From positions 1 to 54,648 of the IMG/VR virus record IMGVR_UViG_3300023055_000119: a DNA stretch of 54,648 nt; one strand, 5' to 3'. The translations under genes were made by a program, and so were the position numbers. Each line of letters starts with the position of its first letter. The first letter of the stretch is position 1. The notes beneath the pieces were generated by a model, which had not been told where the DNA came from, did not search any database, and saw nothing but the letters and a program-made list of their open reading frames with translations. This DNA is from a virus (taxonomy: Duplodnaviria > Caudoviricetes). Positions 19,701-27,929 of this stretch are shown in pieces.

Positions 19701-20229
19701 GCGCCTGTGAAAGCTGCGTCATCGTCGAGCTAGCTTCTTCGGTCGTGGCGCCAGATACTGCCAGGCCTTTGTTAATTGTCGAGGTAAGTGTGATCAGGTC
19801 TTTAGTGCTTGTGCCGGCGCTGCGGGTTGCACGCTCGAGGCGGCCATACAAAGTTGCAGTAGCCGCCAGGCTGCTCATGGTGTTCTGGGATATGTCGAAA
19901 ACGCGCTGAGTAACTTCCGCCAGTGATTCGTTGGCCCGAACGGAGTTAGCCAGCTTGTTGTTTACCGTTACCCACTCATTGCCATACGCGGCTACCTGCT
20001 GAACAGAAATGGCAGCGATTACGCCCCGAGCTACTGCGCTCAGGCTGGACATGGTGCGCTGCATTGAAGCGACTGAGCGCTCCGCTCGGGTCACTGTGGC
20101 ATCAAGACGACCAACAGTTCCGTTCATGCCGCTAAGCGCGGCGTCTACTTCGCGGCGGGCCGCCAGCAGGCGAGCGGTGTCCATATCCACTTCATAGATA
20201 ATGCTGCCTGCGTTAACTGAACCAGCCAT
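16771..20229 (-). CDS. Tail tape measure protein
   Basis: 1152 aa, Ala-rich; QLSQALASGVLRGEEFNSI.E; GGPV.AG..Y.VGE.G.PE. Confidence 0.92.
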   Translation of the reverse strand: MAGSVNAGSIIYEVDMDTARLLAARREVDAALSGMNGTVGRLDATVTRAERSVASMQRTMSSLSAVARGVIAAISVQQVAAYGNEWVTVNNKLANSVRANESLAEVTQRVFDISQNTMSSLAATATLYGRLERATRSAGTSTKDLITLTSTINKGLAVSGATTEEASSTMTQLSQALASGVLRGEEFNSISENGSRLAVALADSLGVTIGQLRGMAAQGKLTTEVVVNGLLKQSSAIAKEFANTTTTMGQAFTIATNNITKFVGESSSVSTSIRVFNEGVISLSQNLDIVANAIAVAAVIFGGRFVGALALATKARIDDSLAAKAQTAATAQSAAATANAARVTALKAGLDKEQALSNLALAQTEYNVARGSAAEAFALENLVAVKSVAIQRSAAYAEAQLAEAAATRTAASASAAATTTIGGLAKGALALIGGPAGLAVIAAAGIFYFYQKMQQARQESIDFADKLDGVIAKMKSMSQIQLAAEIDNATKSIKAQADAIKDNQSSLESNELQQYRLRRTLSYLQEGSLLYKVTLSELTDAQSEHTQLLAQNETAQNKLSQTVSKTGILRAQMNGTFAQGIDLLKRDGEAAGVATGLMNQFGNAIDFASRSKEKFNSTSLQLPRSDQADAYNKDLEAENALLAITDKRLRAVTKARMEANAKGGNQNQINTAGELAGAQYDLQQAEANRNKETRAGIAEGKRAETQADSVAQKLANLKQQSELVGDSTRELSREQAILTAQQSLGSAATQKDIELAGKYAAAKWDTGNAIRAQAAAEKLLPEAKENASYKQDVDDLNAALSAKKISQEQYNATAEQLEQQHQTNLAKIRSEQVVTPQQAAAGTVDPVQQLANENAQKLALIQQFENQKVLTEQQSLALRNSLNTQYDQQRTAAMWTMWRNQSVGNEALAASFDSLAGNASNAFTGMVTGSMTAQEAMQSLASNAINSLINSFVQMGVEWVKSAVMGSTAQISATAATTSASVAGIATTTAASTASAATTTVAWLPAAAAASIGSFGGAAIIGIGALIAGMALAGGLAGKRKNGGPVSAGSMYQVGEGGMPEIYRASNGSQYMIPGDNGSVISNKDLSSGGGASASGGVVINIQNYTSATVDAQASNDGNGVTIDVIVADLNQGGRISNALTNNFQAPRKAKG

Positions 20230-20272
20230 TCACTATTCTCCAGGCGTAAAAAAACCTGCCGGAGCAGGTTGG

Positions 20273-20950
20273 TTATTGTTTTGCTTTAGCGAGACGCCTC
20301 GCTTTCTTCGCCATGTAATCATCGGCCACCGCATCATACTCATCGCGCGTAAATCCTTTCTGATCGGGATATTTGGCGTTGAGCATGTGCTGGAACTCAG
20401 TCATGGTCAGTCGTTCCGCCTCTTCCCGGCTAATGCCGAAGTGGTTGCGTGCGGCGCTGATGTATTCGAAAGCCGAGAATTCTGATGTTCCCTGGCTGCT
20501 TTCATGGCGCTGCAACTGGCGCACTTTCGCTTTACCGATGATGCCATGCGTGATGAGGGATTGGGCGATCAGCAATATTTCGAAGTCTCCCATCTGCCCG
20601 GTGCGGCGCTTAAACGGCTTACCCTTCGTTTTTGCAGTTCGGAATTCACCTATAAGCGATGAAATATCGCATTCACTGCACGCCTCCATCACGGTAAGCG
20701 CTGCCATCAGTGCGCGTTTGCCGTAAGTGGTGTTGCGGATATGCTCAACCAACCATACTGGCACGTGCCCATAAGCCGCCACCGCGCGCTCAATCAATGG
20801 CGTCACCTCATCACTGTGCAGATCGTAAAACGTCTGCACAATCTCCTGTGGTTCGCCAATTCGCATCATATTGGCAAAGGATGGGCGAAACATGTAATCG
20901 GCGTCCTGTGTTGAAATCAGGCACTCACCAATCTCTTTCATCGGGGTCAT
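20273..20950 (-). CDS. Tail assembly chaperone-like protein
   Basis: Between the major tail and tape measure genes; terminators on both sides. Confidence 0.65.
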   Translation of the reverse strand: MTPMKEIGECLISTQDADYMFRPSFANMMRIGEPQEIVQTFYDLHSDEVTPLIERAVAAYGHVPVWLVEHIRNTTYGKRALMAALTVMEACSECDISSLIGEFRTAKTKGKPFKRRTGQMGDFEILLIAQSLITHGIIGKAKVRQLQRHESSQGTSEFSAFEYISAARNHFGISREEAERLTMTEFQHMLNAKYPDQKGFTRDEYDAVADDYMAKKARRLAKAKQ

Positions 20951-21009
20951 GAGTTAATCCGGTAAAAAACATTTTCGGGGCCACCAGGCGGAAGCCCCTG
21001 AAATGGCAA

Positions 21010-21756
21010 TTACGAAGCTGTAACGGTTACTGCGGTCGTGCCAACCTTCGCGCCGTCCGTGGTGGTGAACGTTGCGTTGCCGGTACCCGCCGCTACGCCG
21101 GTGATCAGGCCTGAAGTGCTGATGGTGAACTTTGATGTGTCAGAGGATGCCCACATGCCCGTTTTATCAGTCGCATCAGTAGGTGATACGGTGGCAGTCA
21201 ACTGACGCGTGGCGCCCACAACAACAGAAGTGGTTGCAGGGGTCAGCGCAACGCCGGTTACGGGAACCTCATTGTCTGTGTCGATCACCTGAATGGTGTC
21301 GGCATCTGCAACTTTGAACTCGGTAGAGAACGTGATGATGTCGTTGGTGCCACCGTCAGAACTCAGGGCGTTAATCAGCATATAGCCGATGAATGTGACC
21401 GGGCCAAACTCCATGCGCACCCATAGCGTTGGCTGGCGTGTTGCCTGAATTTCCGTGTTGAAGTACTTAATCAGGCGTCCTACACCGTACTGATCCAGCT
21501 TGTCGTTGCGGCGCACTTCACCCTCAAAGGAGATAGTGAAGTCAGCGTTGGTAACGATGTTCTCAACGTAGCCTTTGGTGTCATCTGCATCCGACGTCAC
21601 GCTGTTTGGCGAGAAGTCGAAGCCTTTACTTGTGCCAGCGGCCAGAGCTTTCCACTCCGACTCCAGCGGTACCGCATCGGCGCAACCATCGGCTACTTCG
21701 AGCACAATGGCGCGGCCAAACAACTTGGTGTTGTCCGTTGGGCAATTTGCTGCCAT
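21010..21756 (-). CDS. Major tail tube protein with C-terminal Ig-like (Big_2) domain
   Basis: VPVTGVALTP..LTATVSP.DAT...WASSD Ig motif; start corrected to MAANCP. Confidence 0.85.
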   Translation of the reverse strand: MAANCPTDNTKLFGRAIVLEVADGCADAVPLESEWKALAAGTSKGFDFSPNSVTSDADDTKGYVENIVTNADFTISFEGEVRRNDKLDQYGVGRLIKYFNTEIQATRQPTLWVRMEFGPVTFIGYMLINALSSDGGTNDIITFSTEFKVADADTIQVIDTDNEVPVTGVALTPATTSVVVGATRQLTATVSPTDATDKTGMWASSDTSKFTISTSGLITGVAAGTGNATFTTTDGAKVGTTAVTVTAS

Positions 21757-21782
21757 GGGTAATTCCTCTTTGGTGTTATCGG

Positions 21783-22166
21783 CTATTCGCCGTACTTGAT
21801 TGCAAACTGAAGCCGATAGACCAGGCGGCCTTCGGTGGTGAGAACTGGCGCGGGTATTCCGCCGAAGTTTTCGATGTAGCCGATACAACTGTCTGAAATG
21901 GAGTTGCTCTGAATGCTGCTGATAATCTGCTGAACGCGCTCATCGACTGCGCCGTTGGCGCCCTTCGCTCCAATCACGTCAACCATCACGTAATATTCGG
22001 CGCCCAATTCATCTCGGATTGGTGAGCCGCCATTTGGCCTGAACACCATGAATGAGTCGGTCAATTTGCCGCTGTCATTCCAGACCAGCAACTGCGTGGT
22101 AAATCCAACGGTAAGCCCGGCATCAACAAAGTGATTGCGAACGCGCGTATGCATTGGAGGATTCAA
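21783..22166 (-). CDS. Tail terminator-like protein
   Basis: Position immediately upstream of the major tail gene. Confidence 0.65.
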   Translation of the reverse strand: MNPPMHTRVRNHFVDAGLTVGFTTQLLVWNDSGKLTDSFMVFRPNGGSPIRDELGAEYYVMVDVIGAKGANGAVDERVQQIISSIQSNSISDSCIGYIENFGGIPAPVLTTEGRLVYRLQFAIKYGE

Positions 22167-22531
22167 AATGACATCTCCTTATGGACTGAGCTATCAATCA
22201 GCGATCGCTCATCCTCAAACCCGAGCGTCAGAAATTCTTTCTTGGCAGTTGCACGACGGAATCTCTGCGGGTTAGCTGGGTCATGCACATACGCTGCATA
22301 GCTGGCTGTATAGCCCACGCGTCCGGTTATACGCGTACCATTTACGATGATTTCCCGGAACTGACTGTTAATCAGAAAAGAGGTGTCGATGGCGGTATAA
22401 AGTGCCGCACGCGTACCACCAATGAGCATTGCCACTGTAAGAGCACGAACAACACGCCGGTCCTGAATGTTATCGATAGCGCGGTTAACGTTGCGCGTGA
22501 CCTGTTTGATGCCTTTGACTTTCACGCCCAT
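22163..22531 (-). CDS. HK97 gp10-like neck/tail completion protein
   Basis: MGVKVKGI, IDTS.LINS, YAAYVH. Confidence 0.7.
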   Translation of the reverse strand: MGVKVKGIKQVTRNVNRAIDNIQDRRVVRALTVAMLIGGTRAALYTAIDTSFLINSQFREIIVNGTRITGRVGYTASYAAYVHDPANPQRFRRATAKKEFLTLGFEDERSLIDSSVHKEMSF

Positions 22532-22547
22532 GCTTTTCTCCAGACGT

Positions 22548-22571
22548 AAAAAAGGCCGCTTTCGCGACCTT
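22548..22571 (-). terminator. Terminator inside the late operon after a small moron
   Basis: AGGTCGC-GAAA-GCGGCCT followed by a T run on the minus strand. Confidence 0.75.
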
Positions 22572-22695
22572 AGTTTTTCTTTTTCTCCCGCAGCCAATGC
22601 CACATCTCCCATATACCCCTTGAGGATATGGTAATTGCAGCAAGCCCAAGAGTCAGAGTGGCAATAGCAATAGCTAGCGAAAAATAGTCAGACAT
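22570..22695 (-). CDS. 41-aa membrane peptide MSDYFSLAIAIATLTLGLAAITISSRGIWEMWHWLREKKKN (not in ORF track)
   Basis: GAGG SD, single TM, basic tail, terminator directly after the stop. Confidence 0.65.
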   Translation of the reverse strand: MSDYFSLAIAIATLTLGLAAITISSRGIWEMWHWLREKKKN

Positions 22696-22714
22696 AACTA
22701 CCTCTTGATTAGCA

Positions 22715-23062
22715 TCACACGCCAGTAATTATTGCATAATCATCCGCCGTGCGATCAAAGGTATCGGCGTAACGGATAGCCTGCATAACCTCATCGGCGC
22801 CTGCCGCAATTGGGTCGGGGTTGTTAGACACACCTATAAGCAGGTAATCGCCGGTGTCAGCCAGCGCATACTCTGTCCACACGGTGTTCTTAACTACCTT
22901 CTCGGCGCCGATGTCGCCAAGACGCTTTGAAAGCCCACCCTGATAATCACAGGCAATCACCAGCGGAGCTTCGAACATCGGGTCGCCGTAGTCATTGCTT
23001 GCGCCTGAGCGCTTCCAAATCGTCGCCTGAGCTGTGTATGACCAGTTAGCCAAAGATGACAT
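22715..23062 (-). CDS. Head closure/adaptor protein
   Basis: Position in the neck module; DYGDP.F..P. Confidence 0.65.
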   Translation of the reverse strand: MSSLANWSYTAQATIWKRSGASNDYGDPMFEAPLVIACDYQGGLSKRLGDIGAEKVVKNTVWTEYALADTGDYLLIGVSNNPDPIAAGADEVMQAIRYADTFDRTADDYAIITGV

Positions 23063-23063
23063 G

Positions 23064-23231
23064 TCATTTCCTCCAGCTGGTCACTGCGGGCTTATCAGCA
23101 GCAATTCTCGGGCAGTTAATCACCCACTCGCCGCTGCTGTTCACGTAGCCGGTCGTCTGCCGGCCGCTTGATGTCATTATCCACACTCGCTCGAATGGCT
23201 TGGGCGGTTGTGATGCCGGTTGCCAGTCCAT
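23064..23231 (-). CDS. 55-aa hypothetical protein MDWQPASQPPKPFERVWI... (not in ORF track)
   Basis: Open frame filling the gap; TGATG overlap with the upstream gene. Confidence 0.6.
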   Translation of the reverse strand: MDWQPASQPPKPFERVWIMTSSGRQTTGYVNSSGEWVINCPRIAADKPAVTSWRK

Positions 23232-23608
23232 CAGCAGCCACCAATCACATCGAAGAAGCCTACGCTTGTGCCAACGTCAATCGGCAGCAGCGCGGTGCAT
23301 CCTGATGTGTCCAGCGCAGCCAGCGTATTTCGCATCGTCTTCACATCGCCGCTGTAATCAAACGTTCGGGACGCCCCTGAAGGCGCTGACTGTGATTTGA
23401 TGCGCTGACTAAAGGCGGTGATAGCCATAAGGGTGACGGCGTACACCTGAATCAGTGTCATGTCGCATTCATCGTAGCCAGCCGCCTCCAGGCACATGCT
23501 TATACTGCCCAGCTTGCAGAGGTAGGCATCAATCATGAAATCCGGGATGGTGTAACCCAGCGCAGATAACTGCTGTTTAACCTGCGCTGCCGTTATCTGC
23601 ACTGCCAT
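23231..23608 (-). CDS. Head-tail connector protein
   Basis: Position after the capsid genes; IKSQSAPSGASRTFDY. Confidence 0.65.
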   Translation of the reverse strand: MAVQITAAQVKQQLSALGYTIPDFMIDAYLCKLGSISMCLEAAGYDECDMTLIQVYAVTLMAITAFSQRIKSQSAPSGASRTFDYSGDVKTMRNTLAALDTSGCTALLPIDVGTSVGFFDVIGGC

Positions 23609-23610
23609 GA

Positions 23611-24012
23611 TTACCTGTCCTTTTTGGTTGCAGCTGTCAGCGCTGCCTCTGCTTTATCTGCACGATCGTTTGCTGCAGCAAGCTCAGTGGCGTGAGCAGA
23701 TTTCAGCTGCTCCAGCGCGTCGTCATGCTCTTTGTCTTTCGCTTCAGCTGCATCTTGAGCGGTCTTCAGCTGCTCCAGCGCGTCATTCAATTTCGACTGC
23801 AACACAGATGTATCCGTGCTAACCGGCGCCGATGGGGTTGCCACTTCGAAGGTCAGCTTCTCGCCTTTCTTCTCGTTGGTTTTCTCCGCCTTACCGCTGG
23901 CAATCCACTTTTCAGCAACCGAATCATCCACGTCATAAACCTGACCAGCCTCCAGTTTCTGGAAGCTGGCACCGGCAAAGAGGTTTGCTACCAATACCTT
24001 TACGAGTGCCAT
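23611..24012 (-). CDS. Hypothetical virion-associated protein with internal DALEQLK repeat
   Basis: Follows the major capsid gene; coiled-coil C-terminus. Confidence 0.65.
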   Translation of the reverse strand: MALVKVLVANLFAGASFQKLEAGQVYDVDDSVAEKWIASGKAEKTNEKKGEKLTFEVATPSAPVSTDTSVLQSKLNDALEQLKTAQDAAEAKDKEHDDALEQLKSAHATELAAANDRADKAEAALTAATKKDR

Positions 24013-24021
24013 GTTTGTTCC

Positions 24022-25092
24022 TTAGCTCGAAGCGTGGATGACTGAGTATTTGTTGTTGATGTCCTGCTTAACCATCAGGCCCATGGCACCCCATGTACGC
24101 CAGATGTAATCGCTGTTGTAGTGCTGGCGCGGGTCGGCAACAGTGCCGATGGCCTGGCCAACAATTGGAGCAATCACGCCTGCGGTCAGCGGAACAATCA
24201 GGATTTCGTTGCCTGACAGTTGCGCGTCTTCTTTGATTGCAGCGATGCCGGACAGCTTCAGGAACTCTTCCAGAACAGTGCGCGTCGCATTCACATCGAA
24301 GTAACGCTCAAGGTTGGACATGATTTCTGCTGAAACATACCAGGTCTGAGGCGCGTACTGGCTGTTTGTCACACGAACCACGTCACGCAGTGCGATAGCA
24401 TTGGTGCGCAGCGCTACCGGATCGGTGCTGGTTGCAAAGTTGAACGTCAGCGTTACCTGAGCAACGCGTTCGTCAGCCTTCAGGCCTTTCCAGGTTAAGC
24501 CATCAAACTTCACGTAATTGCCTTCAGAGTCGCGGAAGCCGTTGAACATGTAGTCAACGTACTGACGCTGCACGTCTTCGACAGAACCACGCTGAGCATC
24601 AGCCTGAGACTGAAGGGCCGACGGACTGTTGAAAATCGGATCGCGCCAGTTGAACTTAAAGCCTGAGTCATGCACCGGCACCATCGTGCCATCAAAGGTG
24701 TAACTCTTGGCATCCAGCGCCGCGCCAATCTGTCCGGACATGGACGTATGAGCCCAACCACGACCACCAGTACGAGCGTAGTCATAGCGCGACTGCTCAA
24801 TACGAACAGAACGCGACAGAGGCATCAGGTCATTCAGCAAAGTGAACTGAGTGGTTGGCTCGAACTGAGCCAGAACAGTGGTATCGAAAGCGCGATAAAG
24901 GCGGCGGATATCATCAACTGCGTTTACCGCATCCAGTCGCCCAGCATCTTCACGGACGCCACGCACGCGACCAATGAAGTCAGCAGCGGCTTGAGCACCT
25001 TCGTTACGCGCAATTTGCAGTTCGGCAAACTGAGACTGGTTAACCTCGAGGTTTCCAGTGCGTTCGCCCAGAGAACGGGAAAATACAAACAT
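24022..25092 (-). CDS. Major capsid protein
   Basis: 356 aa, position after scaffold and decoration genes, strong SD. Confidence 0.8.
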   Translation of the reverse strand: MFVFSRSLGERTGNLEVNQSQFAELQIARNEGAQAAADFIGRVRGVREDAGRLDAVNAVDDIRRLYRAFDTTVLAQFEPTTQFTLLNDLMPLSRSVRIEQSRYDYARTGGRGWAHTSMSGQIGAALDAKSYTFDGTMVPVHDSGFKFNWRDPIFNSPSALQSQADAQRGSVEDVQRQYVDYMFNGFRDSEGNYVKFDGLTWKGLKADERVAQVTLTFNFATSTDPVALRTNAIALRDVVRVTNSQYAPQTWYVSAEIMSNLERYFDVNATRTVLEEFLKLSGIAAIKEDAQLSGNEILIVPLTAGVIAPIVGQAIGTVADPRQHYNSDYIWRTWGAMGLMVKQDINNKYSVIHASS

Positions 25093-25103
25093 TCAGGTGC
25101 TCC

Positions 25104-25538
25104 TTACTTAATCACAACGCGCAGCAGGTCACCTGCGGCAGCGGTATATGCTTTGTCTTCTTCGACATAGCAACGAATTGACTCATCACCGGCTTGAGCC
25201 TTGACCTGACCATTTGCGATCGACAAAGGCTGCCCTTTTTTGTAGGTACCGGCAGCGGCGCGTACGTTCAGGAACATGCCCTGCAATGGCTGAATGCCAA
25301 CTACCAGCTCACCGACCGGAATGCTGTCATCAACAGTCAGGCAGCGCAGATAATCGAAGTTGGCCACATAAAGGATCGCCTGCTCGTTACCTGCAACTGA
25401 TGCGGTGAATTTGCCTGCATCGAAGAAGCCGATTGTGCCAGGCTTAGTTGCCGCTGCAGCCGCACCTTCACGGTTAAGCAGAGGGTTAGGGAATACGCCA
25501 CCGGCGTGAATTACATGCTTTCCATCTTTAGCCATCAT
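25104..25538 (-). CDS. Capsid decoration/cement protein
   Basis: Small Ala/Gly-rich gene directly upstream of the capsid gene. Confidence 0.65.
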   Translation of the reverse strand: MMAKDGKHVIHAGGVFPNPLLNREGAAAAATKPGTIGFFDAGKFTASVAGNEQAILYVANFDYLRCLTVDDSIPVGELVVGIQPLQGMFLNVRAAAGTYKKGQPLSIANGQVKAQAGDESIRCYVEEDKAYTAAAGDLLRVVIK

Positions 25539-26936
25539 TTACTCCGGCATTTCGCTGAGGGATTTATCTGAGTTGACCTGACGCAGAGAGCTATTCAGGC
25601 CGATGGATGTCTGGCATTGAGCGAAGAGTTCATTCAGCGGCTCACCATCAAGCGCATTCACCGCGATATCAGTCATGCCGAACTTGGCTTTAACAGCGGC
25701 ACGTTTTTCGCCTTTCTCTTTGTCAGAGTTAACTGCCAGGCCGCTTTCAATGGTGCTCAGTTTTTCGGCGAATGGTTTGAACCATGCCGGGGCTTCATCG
25801 CTATTGGTGGCGGTCTCTTTGGCCTTCTTGTCATCCGCCTCTTTCTTCTCTCGGGCGGCCTTCTCTTCAGGCGTCTCTTGTTTTGCAGCTGCTTTTTCAG
25901 CAGCCATCTGGTTGTATGCGTCCATCAGCTCTGCGTCGGTTTTGCCTTCGGTCGGCTTACCAGCTGCTTTCAGCGCATTTACGATCAGGTCTTTCATGGG
26001 ATCATTTGCTCCATTTGTTTTAATCTCGTACTCAGGTTGTTTGCGCACGACTTCTACAGGTTCGCCAACGAATTGGGCTTTGCCGTCATCATCGAGGATG
26101 TACTTCTGCTTGAAATAACGGGAATCATCCCGATAAACGAAGGTGTCTGGCCAGACTGACTCGGGCCACAACCAATTGTCATCTGATCGCCCGTCACGCA
26201 GCTTTTCGCTTATGGCGCGCTGAATGTCGTCAAAGCTGAAATTGGAGGCGTTGGTGAAGAAGAACTTCGTTTTGTTAACGAGGCCTTCTTTGGTGCAGTT
26301 GGATGCATCAGAAAGGCTCGCTACTTCAATCTGCTGATCCTCGCCATCAGAGTTAACGAAGATGCCAACGCCTTCATCTGGAGTGCCTGCGCCGGGCTCA
26401 TCAAGCAGCACCGCCACATGGTCAAACATCATGTTCGTGGCGATCTCGTTGTACTTTTTCCCCTTCGACTCGCCGTTGGCAGCGATGCCGGAATACAACA
26501 GGCCAGTTGAGATGTGGATCGGCTCGGCGTTGGTGCCGGCGGCCATTTCATCCAGGCGGTTAATCAGACGCTTACCCTTGTCGCTGGATTCTGCATAGCG
26601 GCGATCAACGTACATGTCGCCCGTTACTTTGCCGGCGGTGTGACTGACGTTCTGTAGCCAGGCGCCAACGTGGTAGTTGTTGACTGCGCGAACATCGCGC
26701 GCCGATACGTGCTTGCCGTCCACCTTTGGATGGCCCAGCGGCATCGGATTTCGCTCAAGCGTGTTAAACGCCTTTTCAATTTCTGCTGCCGGGTACAACT
26801 TCCGGTTCATCACGATATCGTCGACAACGGGCGTGATGCCGCGAACCACGATATGTGGTTTGCCGTCGATGGTTTCAGTGGTGATGTTTGAAGCGGAGTT
26901 GACGACGGTCAGCACGTTAACGCGATTGCGCTTCAT
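25539..26936 (-). CDS. Prohead protease/scaffold (DUF2213-like)
   Basis: LGHP, ISTG, DHVAVL..EPGAG; charged C-terminal scaffold. Confidence 0.75.
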   Translation of the reverse strand: MKRNRVNVLTVVNSASNITTETIDGKPHIVVRGITPVVDDIVMNRKLYPAAEIEKAFNTLERNPMPLGHPKVDGKHVSARDVRAVNNYHVGAWLQNVSHTAGKVTGDMYVDRRYAESSDKGKRLINRLDEMAAGTNAEPIHISTGLLYSGIAANGESKGKKYNEIATNMMFDHVAVLLDEPGAGTPDEGVGIFVNSDGEDQQIEVASLSDASNCTKEGLVNKTKFFFTNASNFSFDDIQRAISEKLRDGRSDDNWLWPESVWPDTFVYRDDSRYFKQKYILDDDGKAQFVGEPVEVVRKQPEYEIKTNGANDPMKDLIVNALKAAGKPTEGKTDAELMDAYNQMAAEKAAAKQETPEEKAAREKKEADDKKAKETATNSDEAPAWFKPFAEKLSTIESGLAVNSDKEKGEKRAAVKAKFGMTDIAVNALDGEPLNELFAQCQTSIGLNSSLRQVNSDKSLSEMPE

Positions 26937-26960
26937 GCTGTGTCCTCATGGGATGGATAG

Positions 26961-27929
26961 TTAAGTGGTCTGCTGCCACTCCTTGCGCTCTTTGCTCAGC
27001 CTGTCAACGAGGCCGGTATTTATGATCTTCCCTTTGTCATCCAGCAGACAGGGCACGTTAGCGCAATAGCAGTGATACCTATTGCCTCGCTCGGCATAGA
27101 AGGCCTCCACTTGCTCTGTAGTGTAAGTGTGGCCGTGACGGGCAGCGTGCCATGAGCGCGTTGTAGGCTTCAGCGCAGAAAGCCAGAGGATGGCAGTGTT
27201 CAGGCCTAGCCTTTCCTTTGCCCAATCCGTTTCAAGCCACTGTGCTTTGCGTAATGCGCCTACCTGCTCGGTCTGCGCAATGTTCTTGGCCTGCGCCATC
27301 GAAACATCAAGCCGCTTACTGATGATGCGGGCGGTCTCGCGCGGGTTAACGCCACGACCGATTGAGTCTGACACGACAGTAGCTAGGTCAGCACGAGCTG
27401 CATCACTGATGCCTTTCCAGTCGCTATAGGTTGAGACATAAGCTGCGGCAATCTGATTCTGATACGCCGGGCTGCTCAGCAACTGCGCCAGAGTAGTCTG
27501 CTGCTCGTAGACGGCTGATTGCACTGACAGGTTGGTGAAAGCCTGCCGGGTTCCGCGCTCATACTCGGCGGCTACATAGCTCAGCGCCCACAGGTTTTGA
27601 CTGCCGCCGTCGAGAAGGTGATCGTCAAGAATCAGTTGGACACGCTGCAGCAGGTCAGCCAGTTGCGCGGCTGTCATGTCGTAGATGTAGGTGCCGGCGT
27701 TAACCTGGTAAATCACATCGCCATACACAGCGTAAGAGGCGTTACCGATGCGCTCAGTTCCGGTTAACCGCTCATCAAAGAGCTGCTTAAGCGCGAGTTT
27801 AATCTGGTAATAGCGATCATCGATGTCGCGGTACATCCGGCCTACCTGACGCGATGATTGCGTCGGGTCAGCTTTGTTGCGGGGAATTATCGGTGTTCCG
27901 ATTCGGTTTCTCGCTGGCGTCGTCATCAT
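26961..27929 (-). CDS. Minor head protein (SPP1 gp7 / Mu gpF-like)
   Basis: IAQTE..., TR.WHAARHG, HCYC. Confidence 0.8.
   Translation of the reverse strand: MMTTPARNRIGTPIIPRNKADPTQSSRQVGRMYRDIDDRYYQIKLALKQLFDERLTGTERIGNASYAVYGDVIYQVNAGTYIYDMTAAQLADLLQRVQLILDDHLLDGGSQNLWALSYVAAEYERGTRQAFTNLSVQSAVYEQQTTLAQLLSSPAYQNQIAAAYVSTYSDWKGISDAARADLATVVSDSIGRGVNPRETARIISKRLDVSMAQAKNIAQTEQVGALRKAQWLETDWAKERLGLNTAILWLSALKPTTRSWHAARHGHTYTTEQVEAFYAERGNRYHCYCANVPCLLDDKGKIINTGLVDRLSKERKEWQQTT

Noticed and set aside
20230-21010. Programmed G/GT-type chaperone frameshift
   Set aside because: Only one ORF lies between the tail tube and tape measure genes and I saw no clear slippery site
23700-23790. Direct repeat CAGCTGCTCCAGCGCGTC
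   Set aside because: It encodes the in-frame DALEQL coiled-coil repeat and is not a separate element
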